From assembly GCA_019654055.1 (NCBI GenBank), contig BPDA01000003.1, forward strand, positions 161 to 64,160: a stretch of 64,000 nt of DNA, in the 5' to 3' direction. Under the pieces are notes generated by a model. That model did not search any database, was not told the DNA's origin, and saw only the letters and a list, made by a program, of their open reading frames with translations. Shown piece after piece: positions 26,496 to 34,255 of the stretch. The stretch is from Methanobacteriota archaeon. GTDB taxonomy: Archaea; Thermoplasmatota; Poseidoniia; Poseidoniales; Thalassarchaeaceae. The first letter of the stretch is position 1. Every line of letters starts with the position of its first letter. Made by a program: the position numbers and the translations under genes.

Positions 26496-28735
26496 GCGTT
26501 CAGTATCAGCCTCTTGCGAATCCCGTTCCACCCAGCGATGGATGCATTCAACGAGTGCTCGGAACCTCTGCGGAACGGGCCCGAGTCGGCATCATTGCGA
26601 AGACGGATATCAACCTCGCCGACTCCCGGAATCTCGGCGATGATGGTACTTCCCCCTCTGTACTCGTCGTCCACGCCGATTCCGAAAGTGCGCTCGGGAG
26701 CTGTTGTCACCTTGATTGAAATGTCGTGAGGCTGTCCTTCGACGGATTCGGCAAGCCTTCTCTGGTCCGACAGCATCCTAGCTTCGGAGAATGCGGAGGC
26801 GAGGTCGACCAGATTAAGAGTGGCGGGTGGAGCGTTAGCATCTACCTCTGGTGCGCCCTTCGGCGTGACGGGTTCTGGAGTCTCCATCTGCCTGGGAGGA
26901 GGGGAGGATCTCCTGCGGGAAGTGACTGATACCCTGTCGGGCACTGAGACTCTCGAGGACCTAGTTACGCGGTGACTGTCGTGCCATGCAGAGCCTCGCT
27001 GCTCACGAACGTCGACTTGTTCTGGGATGTCGACTTGTTCTGGGATGTCGACTTGTTCTGGGATGTCGACTTGTTCTGGGGCGTCGACATGCCGCTCCTC
27101 GTGCCAGGTGTCATGGCTGGCATATTTCAGATCCTCTGGATCAGCGGGTGCTTCCTCTTCTGCTTTCGCAGCAGTGGTGGCTTCTTCTTCGGCGTTTTCC
27201 CTCATATCAGCAGTAATTGCGCCCGCAACACCCACTGCGGCTGCTCCGGCAGCTATGGCCTCGGGGCTCGGCATCCTAGAGGCGATCTGATTCTGCATAG
27301 AGTCTGCGCGGATCCTCCAGATCCTCCTAGCGGCGGACTGTACGGAGAAGGGCAGTTTCTCAATCTCCTTCTCCACCTCCGCATCGGCAATCGACCTAGC
27401 CTGATCGAGTGACATGCCGCCGTCGATCACGGATTGCTCCAACTTGGGCAGCATCTCTGTGAAATTCCCAGTGACCGTGTCGAACTCGGACTCGCCTGCA
27501 TCGGCAGGGGGGCGGGCGGCATCGGTGACCTCGAACGCGACGTATGCAATCTCTCGACCATTATTGTCCGTGTCATGAAGTCTCAGAGTCCACTTCCCCG
27601 GTCCGGGATTGGGCAGGGAGAAGTCGCCGCTGGTCCTGCCTTCGAGATACTTGTAGCTGGTCTCGTGCTGGTCGTTGACCGCCTCATCACCATGAGGAAT
27701 CTCTGCCGGTACGATTCCTATCCAGGCGTCGTCCGGAAGTTCGGGTGAGATGAAGGAGAAATTGATGCCCTCGTCGCTCTTGTAGGAAGATCTCGATGGG
27801 GTGATTTTGATTGTCGGCGACGATGGCGGCTGCGACGCTTCCACCGTGAAGTCCACTCGGTTGTGTAAGGTGTAGCCTCCATCTGAGAATACTCGTATGC
27901 TCCATTGCCCTTCGGACTGCCCAGGCAATGATGCGTTGTTCACGTCAATTTCTCTGAGCCAGCGCCAACGGTCTTCTCCGTGCTCATTGTCCCCTGCACT
28001 AACTGGATAGATACCGACCCAAGCGTCGTTGCTACTGGGGACCTCGTTGATTCTGAAGCGTACGGGTTGGCCTGGAGTCGTATCTAGAATCTCGATGGGG
28101 GCGTTTGTCCACGCTTCGAGGCCCTCAGGCGGACTTTCCGGGCCGGAAGCAGCTGAGACCGTGATCTTGCCGACACCCACCCATCTGCGAGACCCCGTGG
28201 GAAGTGAGCCGTCGCCCCTAGGGCGCGACCAGCCGCCCCTGTACCAGTCGTTGCTGCCGTCCTGCTCCCTGTCGTCTAGGCTCCACGAGGGGGCGCCGCC
28301 GCTGTTGGCGTTGTAGTAGTAGAGGCGGTTCCCAGCTGCGCTCTTGTACCACGGCTTGCCGTTAATCGGGGTCTCCTGCATAGCGTATTCTCCGTTATAG
28401 GAGTCGTTGGGATGCCCGGATATCGAAACGCCTCCTCCGGCAGGTATCGAATCTGTGGGACCTCCTTCCAACAGCACCAGTATCTCAGTGAGATCCACCG
28501 AGCCGTCCGAGTTGATGTCAATCGCCCCGAATACCGCCCTGAGTATGGCCGCAGGTGCCTGCTGACCCGTAATCGACTCCAGCGCTGCTGCGAACTCGTT
28601 CTCCGATAGGGTCCCGTCGCCGTCCAAATCGTACTTGGCAAATAGGGCCTCTCCGGAAACTCCCTTGCTACGCAGGACCTCCTGCAGATTCTTGATGGCG
28701 ATTGCCTCTATGGTCCCACGGGCGCCGTCCATCAT
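26489..28735 (-). CDS. EF-hand pair / WW-like / 2x SKICH-like multidomain protein with hexapeptide tandem repeat
   Basis: 748 aa with no signal peptide. Canonical 12-residue EF loops DLDGDGTLSENE and DINSDGSVDLTE. WW-like PWYKSAAGNRLYYYNANSGGAPSW. Two similar modules carrying DAWVGIYP and DAWIGIVP. IPEQVD repeated 4 times. Confidence 0.7.
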   Translation of the reverse strand: MMDGARGTIEAIAIKNLQEVLRSKGVSGEALFAKYDLDGDGTLSENEFAAALESITGQQAPAAILRAVFGAIDINSDGSVDLTEILVLLEGGPTDSIPAGGGVSISGHPNDSYNGEYAMQETPINGKPWYKSAAGNRLYYYNANSGGAPSWSLDDREQDGSNDWYRGGWSRPRGDGSLPTGSRRWVGVGKITVSAASGPESPPEGLEAWTNAPIEILDTTPGQPVRFRINEVPSSNDAWVGIYPVSAGDNEHGEDRWRWLREIDVNNASLPGQSEGQWSIRVFSDGGYTLHNRVDFTVEASQPPSSPTIKITPSRSSYKSDEGINFSFISPELPDDAWIGIVPAEIPHGDEAVNDQHETSYKYLEGRTSGDFSLPNPGPGKWTLRLHDTDNNGREIAYVAFEVTDAARPPADAGESEFDTVTGNFTEMLPKLEQSVIDGGMSLDQARSIADAEVEKEIEKLPFSVQSAARRIWRIRADSMQNQIASRMPSPEAIAAGAAAVGVAGAITADMRENAEEEATTAAKAEEEAPADPEDLKYASHDTWHEERHVDAPEQVDIPEQVDIPEQVDIPEQVDVREQRGSAWHDSHRVTRSSRVSVPDRVSVTSRRRSSPPPRQMETPEPVTPKGAPEVDANAPPATLNLVDLASAFSEARMLSDQRRLAESVEGQPHDISIKVTTAPERTFGIGVDDEYRGGSTIIAEIPGVGEVDIRLRNDADSGPFRRGSEHSLNASIAGWNGIRKRLILNAQ
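27011..27088 (-). repeat. 18-bp tandem repeat (about 4.3 copies) encoding (IPEQVD)n
   Basis: gtcgacttgttctgggat is repeated head to tail on the + strand, in frame within the 748-aa CDS. Confidence 0.9.
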
Positions 28736-28798
28736 GGCCCATGAAAGGGCCGGACAGCAATGAGGATTTTCCCGGCGGAACCACGTACTGAGTACGGG

Positions 28799-29917
28799 TC
28801 AAACGAACGGAGGTCTCCTAACTCTGGCCCTGACTCTCTTGCGCGGGCTCGATTGCACCCAGACCTCCTGACCCATGCTGATTGGCTGCAGGTACGCCAT
28901 TGCGATTCCCGTACGTCCCAAACTCGGTGAGGGGCCGCCGCTGGTGACATAGCCGAGCACGCTGGCATCGTCTTCGTCAGCCGAGAAGACAGCGTGCCCG
29001 GGCCTTGGCGAGGGGCCTCTATCCAAGCACTCCAGGCCATGCCACCTGTCTCCAGACTCGAGCGAGTCCAGCACACGTTTCCTGCCGACGAAGTCGTGCT
29101 CGGCGTCAAGACCGTAGGGCACTGCCGTCTCCGCGGTGTCTCTGACGAGGAAGTCTTCTGGCAGATCTGCCTCGGGCTGCATTCCCAGACCGGGCCAGAG
29201 AAAGTCCTGGCCAGACAGCAGATACCCCTTCTCAAGGCGCAGTGTGTCTCTGGCACCCAGTCCCACTGGCACTAGCCCGTGGGGGTGCCCCGCCTCCAAC
29301 AGGGCATCCCACAGCAGGGTGGCCTGTTCGTTGTCGACGAATATCTCGTAGCCCCTTTCGCCGGTGTAACCCGTCCCCTGAATCCAACCGCGGATGCCAA
29401 GGGAATTATCCGCTATGTCCTGGCATGCGAACCTCCCGACCGCGTTGTCCCCTCCGATGACGTCAGTGAGGATGCGTTCCGACATAGGTCCCTGAAGGGC
29501 TAGGATGCTGGTCATGTCGGATAGGTCCTGAATGGCAATCGAGCCGTCGACAGGGAGCAGTGAGGACAGCCAATCCAGCATGATGGGGGCCATCGAGGCG
29601 TTTGGCACCCCCAGAACCTCGGTCTCGGACTTGACGGCGAAAATCATGTCATCGATTATGTGGCCGTCGTAATCTAGGAAGTGCGTGTACCCGCACCTAC
29701 CGCTTGCGAAGTTCATATACTCCTGAGTCGCAATGCTACTCAGCCATGAGCGCACGTCCCTCACCGGAGAACCGGAAGAAACCCATATGGGATACGTCGA
29801 ACAGGCCGGCGGCAGCTCTGGTGGACAGATGCTCCTCCTGTATCGAGGAGTACCAGATCGGCAGCTCAAAGCCATGGAAGTCCACCATCCTCGCTCCCGC
29901 ATCCAAGTGGGATTCAT
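28799..29917 (-). CDS. gcvT: aminomethyltransferase (glycine cleavage T protein), C-terminal fragment (authentic frame from ~29757 downward)
   Basis: GcvT-like body (GYTGERGYEIF, LGARDTLRLEKG). The first ~55 listed residues are out-of-frame text that overlaps the N-terminal fragment. Confidence 0.85.
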   Translation of the reverse strand: MNPTWMRERGWWTSMALSCRSGTPRYRRSICPPELPPACSTYPIWVSSGSPVRDVRSWLSSIATQEYMNFASGRCGYTHFLDYDGHIIDDMIFAVKSETEVLGVPNASMAPIMLDWLSSLLPVDGSIAIQDLSDMTSILALQGPMSERILTDVIGGDNAVGRFACQDIADNSLGIRGWIQGTGYTGERGYEIFVDNEQATLLWDALLEAGHPHGLVPVGLGARDTLRLEKGYLLSGQDFLWPGLGMQPEADLPEDFLVRDTAETAVPYGLDAEHDFVGRKRVLDSLESGDRWHGLECLDRGPSPRPGHAVFSADEDDASVLGYVTSGGPSPSLGRTGIAMAYLQPISMGQEVWVQSSPRKRVRARVRRPPFV

Positions 29918-29978
29918 ACAACGAGGTCCTCACCGGCCCGTCACCTGACACGCACCCGAGGGGGGTCAATGGGTGCAA
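29736..29978 (-). CDS. gcvT: aminomethyltransferase N-terminal fragment
   Basis: RTSLYESHLDAGARMVDFHGFELPIWYSSIQEEHLSTRAAAGLFDVSHMG is the canonical GcvT N-terminus. The frame breaks at the CCC run 29758-29760. Confidence 0.85.
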   Translation of the reverse strand: MHPLTPLGCVSGDGPVRTSLYESHLDAGARMVDFHGFELPIWYSSIQEEHLSTRAAAGLFDVSHMGFFRFSGEGRALMAE

Positions 29979-30032
29979 TAAGTTACGGGAGAGGTAAGCG
30001 TTGGAGATAGACTTGCAACTAGAGAGACGGCT

Positions 30033-31109
30033 ATGAGCAAGGAATACGAAGACTTAAATAATAAGGACCCTACTATACAACTGCGAGTTGAGAAGATGGA
30101 ACGAGACACTGCTAGACAGGCCGGCGAATCTGAGCGTGCTTCACAGAAGCGAAGCCGTTCGAAGCCTATCCGACCTGCGCGACGCCCGTCTAGGGAGCGT
30201 GGCACCGAATCTATGGCCGGTCCCTGCAAGGTGTGCGGGGCCAACTCGTGGGATACCGATGACATCAGAGGGGAGACCTCCTGCTCGGAGTGCGGCTACG
30301 TCGCGTCCGAGAACATGATTGACCCTGGGGCCGAGTGGATTAACCACTCCGACGGGGACGACAGGAGTCGTGTAGGCGCGCCCACCACCCTCACTCTGTC
30401 GGACAAGGGACTGTCGACCGAAATTCGTCGCTCCGATCTCACCGCAGGCGGCGCTAGACGGCACGGGATGTCCGGCAAGGCTCTCCGCGAGTGGAGGCGC
30501 AGGCAGCGAATCGACCAGCGCAGCAAGACCCGGGACAGCCGCAGCCGCAACCTATCGAAGGCGATGCAGTTCATCCGCGACCGCGGGGACCTACCCTCTC
30601 AGATCGAGCAGGAGGCAGCCTCGCTGTACAGGCACTCGGTGGAGCGTGGCTTGGTCACCGGACGCAGCATCCGTGGCGTCTCGGCGGCTTGCGTCTACAT
30701 CGCCGCGAGGGAGGCCAAGATACCGCGCAAGATAGAAGACGTCGCCGAGGCGTTCGACATGATCAAACCGGTGGAGGAGAAGGAGCTCAAGCGCACCATC
30801 AGGTTGGTCGCGAGGATGCTCGGCACGCATCACATCACCGGGCCGGAGGAGTACTTCGAGAAGTTCCACTCCGACCTCGGCCTGCCACCTCATGTACTCG
30901 GCGGGGTCCGTGACCTGTGGGACTCGGTCAAAGACGACCTGTCATGGCAGGGTAAGAAGCCCTCCGGAATCGCCGGAGTAATCATCTACAAGGCATCTCA
31001 GGAGAGCTCGTCGCCGAGGACTCAGAGCGAGGTCTGCAAGGTCTCGGGAATCAGCGAGGTGACCCTGAGGGGGCTCCTGAAGATACTGGCTCAACTCACT
31101 GCTGAGTAG
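30033..31109 (+). CDS. tfb: transcription initiation factor IIB (TFB)
   Basis: Zn-ribbon CKVCGANSWDTDDIRGETSCSECG followed by two cyclin-fold repeats. The 60-aa basic N-terminal extension has atypically AT-rich codons, and ATG at 30213 (MAGPCKVCG) would give the usual ~298 aa. Confidence 0.85.
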   Translation: MSKEYEDLNNKDPTIQLRVEKMERDTARQAGESERASQKRSRSKPIRPARRPSRERGTESMAGPCKVCGANSWDTDDIRGETSCSECGYVASENMIDPGAEWINHSDGDDRSRVGAPTTLTLSDKGLSTEIRRSDLTAGGARRHGMSGKALREWRRRQRIDQRSKTRDSRSRNLSKAMQFIRDRGDLPSQIEQEAASLYRHSVERGLVTGRSIRGVSAACVYIAAREAKIPRKIEDVAEAFDMIKPVEEKELKRTIRLVARMLGTHHITGPEEYFEKFHSDLGLPPHVLGGVRDLWDSVKDDLSWQGKKPSGIAGVIIYKASQESSSPRTQSEVCKVSGISEVTLRGLLKILAQLTAE

Positions 31110-31143
31110 GCATTGTTGAAGGCCCAATCCCCCTAGCCCGGGC

Positions 31144-31308
31144 ATGCAGCTAGAACCGATAGAAGAACTAGGCGTCGCTATCGCTGACGGGCTCGAGGAA
31201 GAGTTTGGAGAGAGGAGCTGGTGGAGCTCCTTCAAGGCAGTTATGTTCTACGGACCGGCCGTTCTGATTGCGATTTATCTCTTGGGCTTCCTCACGGGTA
31301 TCTTCTGA
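31144..31308 (+). CDS. possible small tail-anchored membrane protein (54 aa)
   Basis: My translation is MQLEPIEELGVAIADGLEEEFGERSWWSSFKAVMFYGPAVLIAIYLLGFLTGIF, an acidic head plus one C-terminal TM. It falls below the ORF-track size cutoff. No homology recognised. Confidence 0.3.
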   Translation: MQLEPIEELGVAIADGLEEEFGERSWWSSFKAVMFYGPAVLIAIYLLGFLTGIF

Positions 31309-31314
31309 GAATAG

Positions 31315-31391
31315 TGGTGGACGCTGGGGGATTTGAACCCCCGGCCACCTGGTTGCAAACCAGGTGCTCTTCCAAGCTGAGCTAAGCGCCC
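31315..31391 (-). tRNA. tRNA-Ala (TGC), CCA encoded
   Basis: Reverse complement GGGCGCTTAGCTCAGCTTGGAAGAGCACCTGGTTTGCAACCAGG...TTCAAATCCCCCAGCGTCCACCA. The anticodon loop is TTTGCAA and the acceptor stem has the G3:U70 pair. Confidence 0.9.
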
Positions 31392-31441
31392 TTGGCGGTT
31401 CGAATCGGCCTGAGTTCTTGAGTCCAACCGTCGTCCGGGGC

Positions 31442-32152
31442 TCACTCGTCATCGGTTGTGTCCGACAGTCTAGGCAGGATGATTGCCATCCCGACGAGCG
31501 AGGCCAGCAGAATCAGCACGAGTACATCGTCGTCAGTAGACTTTTCCTCCTCGGAACCTGTGGGAGGATTAGTTGGAAGCGTGTGCTGGTCCTCTGAGAA
31601 GTTGACTGTGAAAGGTGACTCTGTCAGGGTTTGGTTGTGCTCAATCTGATGCAGCATCGAGATGTTGCCGGGCAGCAGGCCGTTAGATGGATCGAGAAGG
31701 ATCAGTTCGGTCACCTCGCAATCGGAATCTACCTTATCACCGGTCTCGTTCAGTTCGCACGAGGGAGATAGCCAGGCCGTGGCCATATCATCCACCCCCT
31801 CGAACACCCCATCCCCGTCGGCATCGATCAACACCCTGTGAGCCACTCCATCGCGACTGTCGACGTTGTAGAAGAACAGCGAGTCCGTCGAGACCAGGAT
31901 ACCTGGTGCGACCCCATCAGGAGTAACGCCGTCCTCTTTGAGGAGCATCGTGTATTCCTTGGGCTCGTGGGCGGATGCCGGCACTGCCAGAAGTAGCAGA
32001 GACAACGTTACTGTCAACAGGCAGACTTCTCGCACGCCCCGCCGTAGCGGGGCGATGGCTTCAACATGACCGGCAGGCTCGCAGCGCCCAGTGGATTCGC
32101 AACGCACCGTTCTAGCCATCGGGCTCGCTGTCTGCATGGTAGCTGCCATCAC
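31442..32152 (-). CDS. secreted, C-terminally TM-anchored cupredoxin-like protein; predicted mature N-terminus His (paralog of 35878..36414)
   Basis: Signal CLLTVTLSLLLLAVPASA followed by HEPKEY. The core DSLFFYNVDSRDGVAHRVLIDADGDGVFE is shared with the paralog. C-terminal TM VLVLILLASLVGMAIIL. The probable start is GTG at 32035 (MREVCLL). Confidence 0.55.
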   Translation of the reverse strand: MMAATMQTASPMARTVRCESTGRCEPAGHVEAIAPLRRGVREVCLLTVTLSLLLLAVPASAHEPKEYTMLLKEDGVTPDGVAPGILVSTDSLFFYNVDSRDGVAHRVLIDADGDGVFEGVDDMATAWLSPSCELNETGDKVDSDCEVTELILLDPSNGLLPGNISMLHQIEHNQTLTESPFTVNFSEDQHTLPTNPPTGSEEEKSTDDDVLVLILLASLVGMAIILPRLSDTTDDE

Positions 32153-33836
32153 CGCCGTGATGATGCTTTCAGACAGTCCTGAAGACGGTGACTCTGACTA
32201 TGGAGGGATACTTGACCCACTAATACAGGACGAGGGTCACGACCACAGAAACGCCAGCCAGCACATGATGTACACCGACAACATCCAGCCTATCTCCTTC
32301 AACGGACTGACGGCCCCGGGCAACGCGGAGATCCAAGTGGCAGACTCTCCTGACGGCAAGACCTACGCCTACATTGCCGGCTGGAGCGAGATGCACATAG
32401 TCGATGTGAGTGATCCCTCAAACACCACGGTCACTGGGGTCTACTACGACCCGAACACCCAGGTCCTCGATGTCAAGTACCTTGAGTACAACGGTAGGGA
32501 GTACGTCATCGTGCAGAACCAATTGGTCGACCCAGGCGCTGCCGACCCCAACGTTGGGGAGTGGGAGGATCCTGCCCAGGTCACAGTCACGCTGGTCGAC
32601 GTCACGGACAAGAGTGACCCGAGCTGGGTCGACTCGTGGTACGATGCTGACCATCCGAGTGGACCTCATAACCTCTACACCCATATGATCGACAACGAGT
32701 GGTACATCTTCGTCGCCAACCCCGACTACGAGGCGTGCGACGTGGGGCAGGGTGACGCATGCGGAGGCATCACCATCGCCCACCTCAACTTCGCCGGCTA
32801 CGGCGACCTGCCTCGGATAGTGAAGGTCGGAGAGGCCGAAGTCAGCTGGGAGTCAACGCTCGGAGGCTGGATCTATATCCACGACATGACGGTTCAGACC
32901 TGGCCCGGCGAGGATTCCAACGACCCTCGTTTCGAAAGGACCTACGTCTATGGGGCCTACTGGGAGGCGGGTCTACGGATTTTCGACGTCTCGGACGTCC
33001 CACACCCGAACAAGGATCTCATCGAGTATGCTTGGTATGGCTCGCTGTGCAGGCTCTCGGGAGGCACCCAAGCCGGCTGCACCTGGAGGGCGCCAGAGGT
33101 CGGCCAGTGGATGGAATTCGAGGACTTCGACGGCGACGGAGAGATTGACTGCGGCTGCACCAGCAACGAGAACGGAGGCCGCGCCTCCTACATTCACTAC
33201 GCCGAACCTGTCGACGAGATGGTCGACGCATCGCACCTAGGGTACCCTGCGGGGAAGATGCACCTGACTCTACTGGCGACGGAGGTCCTCGAGACCACTG
33301 TCGGGACGGGGATGGCCTACCTGCTCGACACCACTGCCTACGAAGAAGTGAACGGTAATGTTAGATTCATGCCAGAACTAATCCACGGCTGGGAAATCCC
33401 ATTTGCCAATGACCACCACATCCCGGGCGGCGAGGAGTGGTTGCTGTTCAGCCCGCACAACGCCGACACCCACGTCTTCCAGACTGGGCTGCCGGGGCTG
33501 CCCGACACCAGCCACGGTGGGGCGTGGGACGCTAGGATATATCTCTCCAGCTATCATGCCGGGCTGTGGGTGATGGATGTAGAGACATTGATGCTGGCAG
33601 GTCTGTCTGACGGCAACAAGACAGTTGTCCACATGGATGCCACCATCGGCTACCACCTGCCCCATGGGGTTGACGGTGAGCCGCTCGACAGTTCATACTA
33701 CGACTTCGGATGGACTCCGTTCCTGTGGGCAGCGGAGTACCACAAGGGCTACACCTACCTGTCATGCATCACCACCGGGCTGTACATTGTCCAGTTGGAC
33801 ATTGACCAGCCATACGGCGTGCCATTGGGCCAATAA
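32091..33836 (+). CDS. LVIVD-repeat beta-propeller surface protein (signal-anchored)
   Basis: N-terminal TM VLAIGLAVCMVAAITAVMML. LVIVD-type strands are repeated (MHIVDVSDPSN, VTLVDVTDKSDP, GLRIFDVSDVPHP, GLWVMDVE, GLYIVQLD). His-rich segment DEGHDHRNASQH near the N-terminus. Confidence 0.65.
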   Translation: MDSQRTVLAIGLAVCMVAAITAVMMLSDSPEDGDSDYGGILDPLIQDEGHDHRNASQHMMYTDNIQPISFNGLTAPGNAEIQVADSPDGKTYAYIAGWSEMHIVDVSDPSNTTVTGVYYDPNTQVLDVKYLEYNGREYVIVQNQLVDPGAADPNVGEWEDPAQVTVTLVDVTDKSDPSWVDSWYDADHPSGPHNLYTHMIDNEWYIFVANPDYEACDVGQGDACGGITIAHLNFAGYGDLPRIVKVGEAEVSWESTLGGWIYIHDMTVQTWPGEDSNDPRFERTYVYGAYWEAGLRIFDVSDVPHPNKDLIEYAWYGSLCRLSGGTQAGCTWRAPEVGQWMEFEDFDGDGEIDCGCTSNENGGRASYIHYAEPVDEMVDASHLGYPAGKMHLTLLATEVLETTVGTGMAYLLDTTAYEEVNGNVRFMPELIHGWEIPFANDHHIPGGEEWLLFSPHNADTHVFQTGLPGLPDTSHGGAWDARIYLSSYHAGLWVMDVETLMLAGLSDGNKTVVHMDATIGYHLPHGVDGEPLDSSYYDFGWTPFLWAAEYHKGYTYLSCITTGLYIVQLDIDQPYGVPLGQ

Positions 33837-33907
33837 CGCCCTAGCGCGTAGCGCTCGGGCGACCGGTGCATTGAACAACCGACCGTATTCGTCCGCGGTC
33901 GCGAGGC

Positions 33908-34255
33908 TTGCCCATGACCGGACTCAGGAACGTCCCGATGCTGATGATGGTCACTCTGATGGTGCTAGCACCGCTGTCTGGATGCCTGTCGTTCATTACC
34001 GGAGACGATTCGGATGATGACGGGTACACTTGGGTGGACCCGGTGGTCGAGATCGAGGATGCCAATCACTCGCACAACGACATGTTGGCTCACAGACTGT
34101 ACACTCCGAATGCGAGGCTAATCGACTACCACAACCTCAACTGCGATGGTGAGGTCAAGCCTCCTGCGGACCTTGACAACACCGCTGGTCGCCCTTGCTA
34201 CCCCGAGTGGAAGAACGTCGGCCCGACTCCGGGGACAACTCTGAGATTGCAATAG
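33908..34255 (+). CDS. LVIVD-repeat lipoprotein, N-terminal fragment
   Basis: Signal/lipobox LMMVTLMVLAPLSGC. EDANHSHNDMLAHRLYT parallels DEGHDHRNASQHMMYT of the upstream paralog. The frame breaks at the GGGG run 34231-34234. Confidence 0.65.
   Translation: MPMTGLRNVPMLMMVTLMVLAPLSGCLSFITGDDSDDDGYTWVDPVVEIEDANHSHNDMLAHRLYTPNARLIDYHNLNCDGEVKPPADLDNTAGRPCYPEWKNVGPTPGTTLRLQ

Noticed and set aside
27011-27088. Possible CRISPR-like array, because of perfectly repeated 18-mers.
   Set aside because: The repeats are contiguous with no spacers, only 18 bp long, in frame inside a CDS (IPEQVD), and no cas genes are nearby. This is a coding microsatellite.
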